Origin: Candidatus Sungiibacteriota bacterium
Lineage (GTDB): Bacteria > Patescibacteriota > Minisyncoccia > Sungbacterales > SURF-37
Direction of reading: 5' to 3'
Assembly (NCBI GenBank): GCA_016186145.1
Contig: JACPMF010000010.1
Span: 8,053 to 72,052 of the forward strand
Length of the DNA stretch: 64,000 nucleotides
Position 1 is the stretch's first letter, and every line of letters begins with the position of its first letter. Below, piece by piece: positions 18,399 to 26,972 of the stretch. The translations under genes were made by a program, and so were the position numbers. Below the pieces are notes generated by a model. That model did no database searches, was not told where the DNA came from, and saw only the letters and a list, made by a program, of their open reading frames with translations.

Positions 18399-18686
18399 TT
18401 ACTCAATAACCCCCCTTACCCTCCTCACCCCTGCGCTTGAGGCCTCTTCTTTTATTATCCTGAACTTGCCTATTTCTCCGGTGTGGCTGACATGCGGACC
18501 GCCGCAAAGCTCCTTTGAAAACACCTCGCTCTCGTCTCCTATCGTATAAACCCTAACTTTCGCCGGATACTTGCCTTTCTTGAAAAAAAGCGCTCCGGAA
18601 TTTTTTGCTTCATCAACATCCTTCTCAACGATTTTTACCGGAAAATCTCGGGAGATCGCGTAATTAACAAGCTCTTCTATTTTTTT
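18399..18686 (-). CDS. alaS: Alanyl-tRNA synthetase C-terminal continuation in a different frame (editing-domain end)
   Basis: The alternate frame reads ...KKIEELVNYAISRDFPVKIVEKDVDEAKNSGALFFKKGKYPAKVRVYTIGDESEVFSKELCGGPHVSHTGEIGKFRIIKEEASSAGVRRV. This is the canonical AlaRS editing-domain end (ELCGGTHV...GVRRIE), contiguous with the upstream part if one base is added to or removed from the A7 run. Confidence 0.65.
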   Translation of the reverse strand, partial: KKIEELVNYAISRDFPVKIVEKDVDEAKNSGALFFKKGKYPAKVRVYTIGDESEVFSKELCGGPHVSHTGEIGKFRIIKEEASSAGVRRVRGVIE

Positions 18687-20212
18687 ATCTCTTCGGACGT
18701 TACCTTTCTTGGAAAGACAAAATCGAAACGAGTCCGCTCAACGGTTATATCCGACCCGGCCTGCTCAACACCCTCGCCAAGAACCCTGTGAAGGGCGGCA
18801 TTCAAAAGATGCGTTGCGGTATGTAAACGAGTTACAATTTTGAGTTCGCGTTCATCAGCGGCTTTTAGTTCTCCGGTATCAAGCAGCAACCCATGCCCGC
18901 CGAACTTCTTCTCTTGCCCGGCCCGAGAAATTTCCTGGTGCTTTTTAAATTCAATATCAAAATTTTCCCGCGTGAGGCCGCGCGCCCTCTTTCCACCCAA
19001 CTCTTTAATTATCTCATAAGGCAACCCGTATGATTCATAAAGCTTAAAAGCCAACACCGCATCAATTTCTTCATCCTTGCGGGAATTAAGCTCTTTAACT
19101 CCAAAATTAAGCGTCTTTCCGAATTTTTGCTTTTCTTTAATAAACTCCTCTCTAATCGCATCGTTTTCCCGCATAAGTTCGGGATAAAATTCTCCGTATT
19201 CATGAACGTAATCATGAATAATTGCGTCAAATACATGCGGGGGAATATTATACATATTTTCGTAGACCAGGGCTCTCCGCATTAACCTTCGCAAAATATA
19301 TCCGCGTTCCTTGTTTGCAGGACGCACACCGTCGGTTATCAAAAAAATCGAGGCGCGGAGATGATCGGCAATAATTCTTTTATGGCGAATATCAATCTCT
19401 GCCGGCAGTAATTCCAAAAACGGCGCAAATAAATCGGTTTCAAAAATATTTTTCTTCCCCTGTGCAACCATTACAAGACGCTCAAACCCGCGGCCATTAT
19501 CAATTGCCTTTTGCAGAAGCGGCTCGTACGTGTCGTCCTGTGTTTTGTTGTATTGAACAAACACATCATTGCCTATTTCAACAAATCGCCCGCAATCGCA
19601 GTTTGGATGACATTCGGGGCCGAATTTAAAATCATGCGGAATTCCAAAATCGTAGAACATTTCGGCGTCCGGTCCGGCGGGTCCAGGCCCCCCTTCCCAC
19701 CAATTTTTTTCCCTGCCGTATAAAAAAATACGCTCGCCGACTTTTGCGTCAATACCGGCTTTTCCAAATTGTTCTTGCCATAATGCAACCGCTTCGTCAT
19801 CACGCGGGATTTCATTATCCCCACTAAACGCCGTCACAAAAATTTTTTCCGGATCAATATTCATCCCCTCCGAAGAGGTAAGAAATTCAAAGCTCAAAGG
19901 GATAGCGCGCTCTTTAAAATAATCTCCGAAAGAAAAATTTCCTACCATCTCAAAAAACGTAAGATGCGAAAGATCTCCGACTTCGTCAATATCAGTAGTA
20001 CGAAAACTTTTTTGAATGGAAAATACATTCCGCGAACCAAACGCATTCATTGGATCAGCCTGTCCAGTCAAATACGGCTTAAACTGCTGCATACCGGCTG
20101 TTGTCAAAAGAACCGACGGATCATCGGGTATTAACGAAGAAGACGGCACAACCTTGTGTCCGCGTTGCTGAAAAAACAATAAAAATTTTTGACGTAACTC
20201 TTGATGAGTCAT
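18677..20212 (-). CDS. alaS: Alanyl-tRNA synthetase, N-terminal ~511 codons (catalytic domain, tRNA-recognition domain and start of editing domain). The reading frame is interrupted at a homopolymer.
   Basis: MTHQELRQKFLLFFQQRGH..., TTAGMQQFKP and SHLTFFEMVGNFSFGDYFK, ending with the editing-domain motif HTATHLLNAALH. The ORF-track N-terminal extension is upstream read-through; the real ATG is at 20212. It stops right at the A7/T7 run at 18680-18686. Confidence 0.8.
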   Translation of the reverse strand: MTHQELRQKFLLFFQQRGHKVVPSSSLIPDDPSVLLTTAGMQQFKPYLTGQADPMNAFGSRNVFSIQKSFRTTDIDEVGDLSHLTFFEMVGNFSFGDYFKERAIPLSFEFLTSSEGMNIDPEKIFVTAFSGDNEIPRDDEAVALWQEQFGKAGIDAKVGERIFLYGREKNWWEGGPGPAGPDAEMFYDFGIPHDFKFGPECHPNCDCGRFVEIGNDVFVQYNKTQDDTYEPLLQKAIDNGRGFERLVMVAQGKKNIFETDLFAPFLELLPAEIDIRHKRIIADHLRASIFLITDGVRPANKERGYILRRLMRRALVYENMYNIPPHVFDAIIHDYVHEYGEFYPELMRENDAIREEFIKEKQKFGKTLNFGVKELNSRKDEEIDAVLAFKLYESYGLPYEIIKELGGKRARGLTRENFDIEFKKHQEISRAGQEKKFGGHGLLLDTGELKAADERELKIVTRLHTATHLLNAALHRVLGEGVEQAGSDITVERTRFDFVFPRKVTSEEIKK

Positions 20213-20235
20213 GTGTAACGCCCCTCTCCACCGGA

Positions 20236-20311
20236 GGCGGATCCCCGCCTGCTCGCCTCGCTGAAGCTCCGGCGAAGCGGGCCGGCCGGCACGGCGCCTT
20301 GGGCGGAAAAA
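20236..20311. repeat. 76-bp GC-rich dispersed repeat, copy 2 (identical to 1169..1244)
   Basis: Exact match to copy 1. It lies 24 nt upstream of the alaS start, on the complementary strand relative to alaS. Confidence 0.6.
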
Positions 20312-20345
20312 AATTTCAGGAACTTTACACGAAGTTCTTTCGCCG

Positions 20346-21662
20346 TCATACGGTAGAAGCTGGCGAACGCACCGGAAGAGTAACAACCACCGTCGTTCCC
20401 CTGCCCGCGGCGGACTCCAACTTAATCGTCCCGCCTTCCTCTTCTATAATCCTTTTTGCATAATAAAGCCCAAGACCGCTGCCATCGGGCGACATTTTTA
20501 CCGCTTCGGGGGCGCGAAAGAATTTAGTAAAGGCGCGAACGATATGTTCTTCAGACATGCCGATCCCTTGATCGAAAACGCTGATACGAACGTGAGTGCT
20601 AGAAACCGTGCTTGAAATAATAACTGTTGCTTGCGGCTTTTCCGAGTAACGGATTGCGTTGTCGGCGATATTTAAAAGCGCTTGTTTAAGCGACGACCGA
20701 ACGGCATAAATTTCCGCATCTTCAGAAATTTTCGTCTCTACCGCCACTCCTTTTTGTATAGCAATAAGGCTCAAATCATCGACAATCTCGGCGATAAGCG
20801 GCTTCAACGAGAATGTTTCCGGCTTTAAAAACGTTGCCCGCTCTTCAATCCTTGCGATATCCAACAATCCTGATACGATTTTTATCATCCGATTAATATT
20901 TTCAGCCGCAAGAGCAACGATCTTCTGCTGCGAGGAAGTAAGATTTACCGCCGTTTCGCGCAAATCGGCAAGCGCCCACTTGATGCCGGAAAGAGGAGTT
21001 CGCATCTGATGCGAAGCAATGCTTATAAATTCCGTTTTAAGGCGATCGAGCTCCTGGACACGAAGGAGTTCTGTCTGCAATTTTAGGGCTTCCCGCTGTA
21101 CCGTCAGCGCCTCTTCGGCAAGAATACGGGATTCAATCGTTAAAATAATCAGGATAATAAGCTCTATAAGAGTAAAAGATAGGGTCTCCAAAAAGGAATA
21201 GCTTACCGCCGGTAAAAAGCTGTAAAAATTATAGACAACAATGGTGAGGGAGGTCGCAAAAATTGTTATTATGATATCCCGCCAGTTGTATGAAAGCGCG
21301 TTTATGATGCCGAAAAGCAGCATGTAAAAAAATAAAATATGGAATCCGACAAAACCATTAATCTGCCACATTAAGAAAGCTATTAATAAATAAAAAACGG
21401 CATCCGCAATTAAATAGCCGAAACGCGGGATATATTTTGCCGGAATAATATAATAATAGAAGAACCCGAATGTAAAAAGAATACCGACTGCTTCAAAAAA
21501 TAAATAATAGTTGCTGATAAATCTGCGGAAACCAACCGCTATCAGCGGGATTACGACAAAAAAGGATATAGCAAGCAAAAGCCGCGCTATCAGATGAGAG
21601 CGCGCATGTATCTCACCGCCGGTAACAATAACTCCCGAAGATTTAGGATCAGCCACAAGCAA
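20346..21662 (-). CDS. Sensor histidine kinase (membrane, HisKA + HATPase_c). No response regulator is adjacent.
   Basis: Multi-TM N-terminus. H-box IASHQMRTPLSGIKWAL. ATPase N/G boxes (NIADNAIRYS, DQGIGMSEE, GSGLGLY). Confidence 0.8.
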   Translation of the reverse strand: MLVADPKSSGVIVTGGEIHARSHLIARLLLAISFFVVIPLIAVGFRRFISNYYLFFEAVGILFTFGFFYYYIIPAKYIPRFGYLIADAVFYLLIAFLMWQINGFVGFHILFFYMLLFGIINALSYNWRDIIITIFATSLTIVVYNFYSFLPAVSYSFLETLSFTLIELIILIILTIESRILAEEALTVQREALKLQTELLRVQELDRLKTEFISIASHQMRTPLSGIKWALADLRETAVNLTSSQQKIVALAAENINRMIKIVSGLLDIARIEERATFLKPETFSLKPLIAEIVDDLSLIAIQKGVAVETKISEDAEIYAVRSSLKQALLNIADNAIRYSEKPQATVIISSTVSSTHVRISVFDQGIGMSEEHIVRAFTKFFRAPEAVKMSPDGSGLGLYYAKRIIEEEGGTIKLESAAGRGTTVVVTLPVRSPASTV

Positions 21663-21677
21663 TATTTTATCACATCC

Positions 21678-21868
21678 TACCCGCGAATAACACCGCCGCC
21701 GAGCACCTCCCTGCCCCGAGTTTTATCGAAGGGGCCTTTTTTATAGAACACAACCGATTGACCCGGGGTAACGGCACGCTGCGCTTCGCTAAAAGCGACG
21801 CGGACACTCCTAGACCGGACGCCGACAATCGCAGAAACCGTTGATGGCCGCAGAATTTTCTTCCGCGT
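21678..21868 (-). CDS. mnmA: MnmA C-terminal segment encoded in an alternate frame
   Basis: The alternate frame reads ...RPSTVSAIVGVRSRSVRVAFSEAQRAVTPGQSVVFYKKGPFDKTRGREVLGGGVIRG, the canonical MnmA end (PCTV...V.FDEPQRAVTPGQ.VVFY...LGGG.I). This implies at least one indel between about 21830 and 21870. Confidence 0.55.
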
Positions 21869-22889
21869 TTATCCGCGTACCTTCTGCGTAGTTCTGCGCT
21901 TCAATCCAACAGGATTGAAGAGGTTGACGATACCGAATACGCGCTTGGCAATAGAGAGGAAAATCAGGTTCCTGGCCGGAAACCCAATTTAACTCTCCGG
22001 CAATGAGTGAATCCCGCCTTAACTGCGGATCGGATTCGTCTTCCGCAACCACGAGCGTGTTCGCCGCAAAATCTTTCTCGGCGACAAAATAGGGAGTACC
22101 GCCCCCAATCGCAATACCCCTTCGCTGGCCAATGGTAAAAAACTCAAGGCCATGATGCTCCCCGACCCTTTTTCCCGAAGTCGTCACGACAGCACCCGGC
22201 CGTGCGGGGATGTAATTTTCCAAAAATTCTTTCAAATCAATTTTTCCAATGAAACAAAGTCCTTGAGAATCTTTCTTCTCGGCATTTGGCAAGCCATAAT
22301 TCTTCGCCATCTCACGTACCTCTGTTTTCACATAATCACCTATAGGAAAAATGCAGTGGCGCAATTGGTCTTGGGTTAAAGTCCAAAGAAAATACGACTG
22401 ATCCTTATTCAGATCAGCCGCAGTCATCAACGAATTACGAATTCTTTTCGAATTTACGAACCCGTTTATTCGTATATTCGCACCCGATTCGCTATTCGTT
22501 GATTGTTTACGAACATAATGTCCCGTCGCCACAAAATCCGCCCCCCGCTCCAATGCTTTCTTCAAAAAAACCCCGAATTTAATTTCACGGTTGCACATTA
22601 CATCTGGATTGGGGGTACGGCCCGATGCATATTCATGGACCATATAATCGACAACCGCTTGCTTGTATTCTTTTGTAAAATCCCATGTCTCAAACGGAAT
22701 GCCGAGGTGCGCTGCGGCCTTCATCGCGTCATAACGATCTTCCTTTGTGGTGCATGGAATGGAGGGATCAGACCACATCTTAATGTGTACGCCGATAACA
22801 TCAAAACCGCGCTCCTTTAAAAGTGCGGCTGCGACCGAGGAGTCGACTCCGCCTGACATGCCAACGAAGATTTTTTTTCTCTGGGACAT
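21810..22889 (-). CDS. mnmA: tRNA-specific 2-thiouridylase MnmA. The 3' end is disrupted.
   Basis: FVGMSGGVDSSVAAALL PP-loop, CNREIKFG and RIRYRQPLQ. The main ORF ends in non-conserved sequence. Confidence 0.85.
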   Translation of the reverse strand: MSQRKKIFVGMSGGVDSSVAAALLKERGFDVIGVHIKMWSDPSIPCTTKEDRYDAMKAAAHLGIPFETWDFTKEYKQAVVDYMVHEYASGRTPNPDVMCNREIKFGVFLKKALERGADFVATGHYVRKQSTNSESGANIRINGFVNSKRIRNSLMTAADLNKDQSYFLWTLTQDQLRHCIFPIGDYVKTEVREMAKNYGLPNAEKKDSQGLCFIGKIDLKEFLENYIPARPGAVVTTSGKRVGEHHGLEFFTIGQRRGIAIGGGTPYFVAEKDFAANTLVVAEDESDPQLRRDSLIAGELNWVSGQEPDFPLYCQARIRYRQPLQSCWIEAQNYAEGTRINAEENSAAINGFCDCRRPV

Positions 22890-22901
22890 ACTACCCTGCC
22901 A

Positions 22902-24164
22902 CTACGCAACGGGGGGATACCCCATTTCTTGCAGTAGTTTTTCAAAACGCCGATCGGCATCGGCCGAGGAAATAAACGCGGCGGAATCGGCCAAATCGCC
23001 GAATTGCTGGCGGATATAGTCCGCCCGCCTCGTCGCGTCAACAATGTTTGGATCAAAGTTTCTATAGTACTCATTTAATTCTTGACGTAATCCCTCCGGA
23101 TCGCGGCTTTCATTAATAATATATAGATTTTGGAGAAGACTCTCGAACCTTATTTTCTGGCCAAGAAGGAATCCCACTTGAGACGAAATCCAATTCATAG
23201 CCGATCGTGCGATTGCAGCCTTTCGTTCCGAAGAAAGCGTCTGCCGTCCCCCGGCTATCTCTCCGATTGTCGCCGCTGGCAATTGACGCCGCCACTCTGG
23301 AGGTATTTTTTCAATATCTTTTTCAGCTATCGCGCTGATAACGGAATTAACTTCGCGATACTCTTCGTTGCCACGCGAACGAAAACGCGCGGCATCACAC
23401 CTGCCGCCATACAAAAGATCTCCGAAAGCGACTGCAACCGCCGCAAAGCGGCTTTCTGGCTTTAAAAGCGGCTGATCAAAAAGAAAAAGAGACGGTTTTT
23501 CCTCTCTGCCTTTTCCAAGATAATCCGTAAGTTCAATAACTTCACCGGTTTCGGGATCGCGTACGGTCCGATATTGTTCAGAAACCGCAAAGGGTTGGAC
23601 ATCGGGATATGTTACGCCGATAGCCGTACGGATTTCTTCCATAGCCGCTGGCGTGTAAACTTCTCCGGCCGGATCATGCCGCAAAATAATCTCTTGTACT
23701 CGAAGCCAGCTTAACTCTTCATTCCCTTTTTTGACGCCATCGCGCTCGGCTACTTCGGGCCGGGACCGGACACCCGGAGGCATGAATTCGCCAAAACCAC
23801 GATGACGCAAACGCTGCCCGAAGTTAAGGGCACCGGGGTCGGTCTCAATGGAATAGTTGATAACAAGATCATGACCCTTGGCCGCCGCTTCCGTAGCAAG
23901 CCTCTCTTCCTGGTTTACAACACCGCAATAGCGCTCGATAATATCAAGAATCTCATTCGCGCCAACAAAAACATTACGAGGATGCGCCTCATTATGAAAC
24001 GGTTCTCCTTCGTGAAGCCGCCGCATCTCTTCATCTATTTCAGATGTTACCGCCATCCGGATTGCTTCAAGCCGCTCGGGGTTTTGTCGGATTCCGTCTT
24101 TTTTTTCAAACCCAACCCTTTCTGCCTCCAAACTTTTATTTTTGGATGATGCCTCAAATGTCAT
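22902..24164 (-). CDS. Hypothetical 420-aa protein, possibly with an HD-type phosphohydrolase domain
   Basis: The N-terminal region HNEAHPRNVFVGANEIL...AAKGHDLV fits the H..H...HD spacing of HD domains. The rest is unrecognised. Confidence 0.35.
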   Translation of the reverse strand: MTFEASSKNKSLEAERVGFEKKDGIRQNPERLEAIRMAVTSEIDEEMRRLHEGEPFHNEAHPRNVFVGANEILDIIERYCGVVNQEERLATEAAAKGHDLVINYSIETDPGALNFGQRLRHRGFGEFMPPGVRSRPEVAERDGVKKGNEELSWLRVQEIILRHDPAGEVYTPAAMEEIRTAIGVTYPDVQPFAVSEQYRTVRDPETGEVIELTDYLGKGREEKPSLFLFDQPLLKPESRFAAVAVAFGDLLYGGRCDAARFRSRGNEEYREVNSVISAIAEKDIEKIPPEWRRQLPAATIGEIAGGRQTLSSERKAAIARSAMNWISSQVGFLLGQKIRFESLLQNLYIINESRDPEGLRQELNEYYRNFDPNIVDATRRADYIRQQFGDLADSAAFISSADADRRFEKLLQEMGYPPVA

Positions 24165-24258
24165 AGTGAACCTCTTTTTAAGGAATCGAATCCGGAACCG
24201 TTGGCCTACGCAAGTGGATCATCATTATCAGCCAGCCCCGTACTAAATTTGGGTTTAT

Positions 24259-24330
24259 TGGGTGGCATAGGAATCGAACCTATGACCTCTGTCTTATCAG
24301 GACAGCGTTCTGCCACTGAACTAGCCACCC
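24259..24330 (-). tRNA. tRNA-Ile (anticodon GAU)
   Basis: The reverse complement folds as a cloverleaf: acceptor GGGTGGC/GCCACCC, D-arm GTTC-AGTGGC-AGAAC, anticodon stem CTGTC/GACAG with loop CTGATAA (GAT), T-arm ATAGG-TTCGATT-CCTAT. No encoded CCA. Confidence 0.85.
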
Positions 24331-24386
24331 ATATTTTCACAGCGGTCGAGAAAGACACTAATTGCCATCATGAGATTTTTTCTTCA

Positions 24387-24518
24387 CTAAGAGTGATATT
24401 CCCGCAACCAGTAACTAAGAGTACTCTTTGGTACTCCCAGCCTTTTGCGAATTTCGCCGTAACTCATTTCTTCCTCGATTCGTAGACTGACCGCTTGCTC
24501 ACGTAATTCGGATTTCAT
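24387..24518 (-). CDS. Small 43-aa helix-turn-helix protein (transposase or resolvase N-terminal-like HTH), next to the tRNA
   Basis: MKSELREQAVSLRIEEEMSYGEIRKRLGVPKSTLSYWLREYHS shows the G-x-S/T-x-x-E-I-A-x-x-L-G-V-S-x-S-T-L-x-x-W HTH signature of IS3/IS630-type transposase N-termini and resolvases. It is too short to appear in the ORF track. Confidence 0.4.
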   Translation of the reverse strand: MKSELREQAVSLRIEEEMSYGEIRKRLGVPKSTLSYWLREYHS

Positions 24519-24529
24519 AAGGTATAATG

Positions 24530-24562
24530 TAACAAAAAAACGCAGTTTTTGCAAACTGCGTT
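24530..24562 (-). terminator. Rho-independent terminator for the HAD gene (aacgcagttt-gcaa-aaactgcgtt plus T7 on the minus strand)
   Basis: 10-bp stem. The A-run on the plus strand becomes the T-run for the minus-strand transcript. Confidence 0.65.
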
Positions 24563-24590
24563 ATCCCGCTTCCACAGAGTTTTCGTATCT

Positions 24591-25241
24591 CTACAACCTT
24601 ACGTCGAGTTCAGCCAATTTGGCAAGCGTAGCGTTAACGAAGCCGGGGTTATGATGAATCGCATGCCAGCCGCACGCAAGGGCACCATCAACATTTTCGG
24701 CAAGGTCATCCACAAAAACAAACTCTTCCGGCAAAAAGGGCTGACGGCCTCGATATTCAGAATTTGCGAGTTCAAGCGCCCGCTGCCAAATGAGCGGATC
24801 GGGTTTTGCAACCCGCTCCCGATACGAATAGACACGAGGCCGGAAAATCATGACCGATCCGCAGTTAAGTTCTCTCTCAATATATCCTGCTTGCATTTCG
24901 TTTGTGTTTGAAATGACCCCCTGCGGATAGCCGTTTCGGCAAAGACCCATAACAATCTTCCATGCCAGGCGATTTGGCTGCAAAATCCGATGCCATAACG
25001 CTATAAATTGCCCGCGATTCTCAAACCCGAAAAGCGTTTCCATCTCGCGCATAAATTCTTCCGTAGAACTTAATCCGGCATCATACCGCCTAACTACGCC
25101 GCTTGCATGAATTTTTGCGTATACTTCATACGGTTTCAATCGCGGTTCCGACAGCGCTGCGAGATCCTCGACGAATATATCGGTGAGATGATCAAAAAGC
25201 ACTCGGCCATAGTCCCACCAGATCATCCGAATGTTTGGCAT
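24591..25241 (-). CDS. HAD-superfamily hydrolase
   Basis: Has the four HAD motifs: I (WDYGRVL, DxG), II (ISNTN), III (KPDP) and IV (FVDD). Confidence 0.7.
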   Translation of the reverse strand: MPNIRMIWWDYGRVLFDHLTDIFVEDLAALSEPRLKPYEVYAKIHASGVVRRYDAGLSSTEEFMREMETLFGFENRGQFIALWHRILQPNRLAWKIVMGLCRNGYPQGVISNTNEMQAGYIERELNCGSVMIFRPRVYSYRERVAKPDPLIWQRALELANSEYRGRQPFLPEEFVFVDDLAENVDGALACGWHAIHHNPGFVNATLAKLAELDVRL

Positions 25242-25271
25242 CTGCTATCTCCCTGATTTTTAAAAGAGCCG

Positions 25272-26135
25272 TTACTTTTTTGTACTCCGCCTATCGTACA
25301 TCAGTAACGAGGCGCCTACAACGCCAGCTCGTTCACCGAATTTTGAACGTATAATCTTGGGAAAAGACGGCCCGGGCAAAATGCTCATACGCCTCATGGC
25401 GGATAACACTTTTCTATTGAATTGCGAATCCCAAAGCGACAAAAAACCGCCGCCGATCACAATGTATTCCGGCGCCAAAGCATAAGTGATGTTGACGAAT
25501 CCCAATGCAATAGTTTTCGCAAATTCATTAACATCTTTCGGGGTCTTTTTGCTTCTTAAAAACCTTTTTGTGCTCACCCGCTCCCATTCGCTATATTCTT
25601 GAATTTTTCCGCCCGAGGCGGATCCGCTTTTGGCGGAGGATTTTGAATTTTGGATTTTTATAATGGTGTGTCCAAACTCCCCTGCCCAACCAAGCCCGCC
25701 TTTATAAATTTTGCCGTCAGCTATAATTGCTCCGCCGATCCCCGTTCCTAAAGCTACGAAAACAAAATTTTTTGATTTTCTGCCGGCACCGTATTTTAAT
25801 TCCGCCATGGCAGCCGCCTTCGCGTCATTCTCCATAAAAACCCGCACACGATACTGCTTGGCGATAGCCCGAGAAAGCTCGAGCGGATTAAGCCCCCGAA
25901 TATTCGGACAAAAAGACGGCCTCCCAGCTGCCGTAAAAATACACGGCACCCCAATGCCGATACTAGAAATGCGCGCGTTGCCGCACACGGAATCCAGCGC
26001 GCGCAAAACGGTTTGTTTGATTGCGTGACCGCCCCGCGCTTTAAATTCTGTTTTTCGAAAACGAAGGATTCGTCCGTTCCTTACCAGAGCGGCGGCAATT
26101 TTTGAGGCGCCGATGTCAATGCCGATAGTGTACAT
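25272..26135 (-). CDS. ROK-family sugar kinase (glucokinase-like)
   Basis: IGIDIGASKIAAALV N-terminal ATP motif, ENDAKAAAMAE and ALGTGIGGAII. Confidence 0.7.
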   Translation of the reverse strand: MYTIGIDIGASKIAAALVRNGRILRFRKTEFKARGGHAIKQTVLRALDSVCGNARISSIGIGVPCIFTAAGRPSFCPNIRGLNPLELSRAIAKQYRVRVFMENDAKAAAMAELKYGAGRKSKNFVFVALGTGIGGAIIADGKIYKGGLGWAGEFGHTIIKIQNSKSSAKSGSASGGKIQEYSEWERVSTKRFLRSKKTPKDVNEFAKTIALGFVNITYALAPEYIVIGGGFLSLWDSQFNRKVLSAMRRMSILPGPSFPKIIRSKFGERAGVVGASLLMYDRRSTKK

Positions 26136-26244
26136 AAATTAAAAAGTAAAAAATCAAAATTCAAAATAACAAGTCAAAATCCAAAATTTATAAACTTTTA
26201 ACTTACAGTTTTGACTTTTGCATTTTGAGTTTTGAGTTTTGAAT

Positions 26245-26835
26245 TCAAGATCTTAAGATAAACGATTTCCTATGATGATCCGAATACCCGAACCGTCTGA
26301 TGCGCCCTCTGTGCAGCTCTGTCCCGTACCCTTTGTGCAGATCGAATCGATACCGCGGATCTTTTTTATGAAGCCGCGCCATATAGCGATCGCGGACCAC
26401 TTTGGCAATGATTGACGCTGCTGCAATTATTTTCATCTTTTCGTCGCCTTTTATTATGGCCAGATGCGGAATGGATTCGGGGAGTTTTAACCCCCCATCA
26501 AGATACGCAAAAAAAACCTTTCCCGACGGAACCAGTCTCCTTACCACCCGGGCGGAAGCCCTATTTGCCGCTTCAGATATATTTATCCTGTCGATAACGC
26601 GCGGGGTAACTCGAGCTACAGCACAACTCACCCCCGGATGAGCCGTCAAGTAGTTATACCACTCTGCACGCTTTTTTGGAGTCAGTTTTTTAGAATCGCA
26701 GAGAGGGCCTAAACGGCTGTTTTTGATATTCAGAGGTGACCGGCATGTAAGGCCTGCCACAACTACCGGCCCAGCAAAAGCGCCTCTCCCTACTTCGTCC
26801 ACTCCAATCATAACCCTCTTTCCCTTCGTTTCCAT
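26245..26835 (-). CDS. rnhB: Ribonuclease HII
   Basis: IGVDEVGRGAFAGPVVVAG, with DSKKL and a conserved C-terminal helix. Confidence 0.85.
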   Translation of the reverse strand: METKGKRVMIGVDEVGRGAFAGPVVVAGLTCRSPLNIKNSRLGPLCDSKKLTPKKRAEWYNYLTAHPGVSCAVARVTPRVIDRINISEAANRASARVVRRLVPSGKVFFAYLDGGLKLPESIPHLAIIKGDEKMKIIAAASIIAKVVRDRYMARLHKKDPRYRFDLHKGYGTELHRGRIRRFGYSDHHRKSFILRS

Positions 26836-26972
26836 GAGTCCATACTACAACCAAAAGCAGACAGCTAAAAGCGCTAAGGTCGAAATTGTTTTCCGGAGAT
26901 AAATCACGACATGACAATCCGTATTAAATAATTCTTGCGGACGAAATTAAAAATTTGTTATTATGACAGCGT

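Noticed and set aside
18677-18690. Programmed ribosomal frameshift at the alaS A7 run
   Set aside because: Similar frame breaks in miaA (A8) and mnmA make systematic homopolymer indel error, or general decay, more parsimonious than three programmed events.
20101-20463. ORF-track CDS (+, 120 aa) spanning the 76-bp repeat
   Set aside because: It overlaps the alaS start and the repeat on the opposite strand. The translation is low-complexity (GGGSPPARLAEAPAKRAGRHG) and is driven by the GC-rich repeat. Spurious.
24201-24485. ORF-track CDS (+, 94 aa) over the tRNA-Ile region
   Set aside because: It overlaps the tRNA gene antisense and has no RBS or conservation. Spurious.
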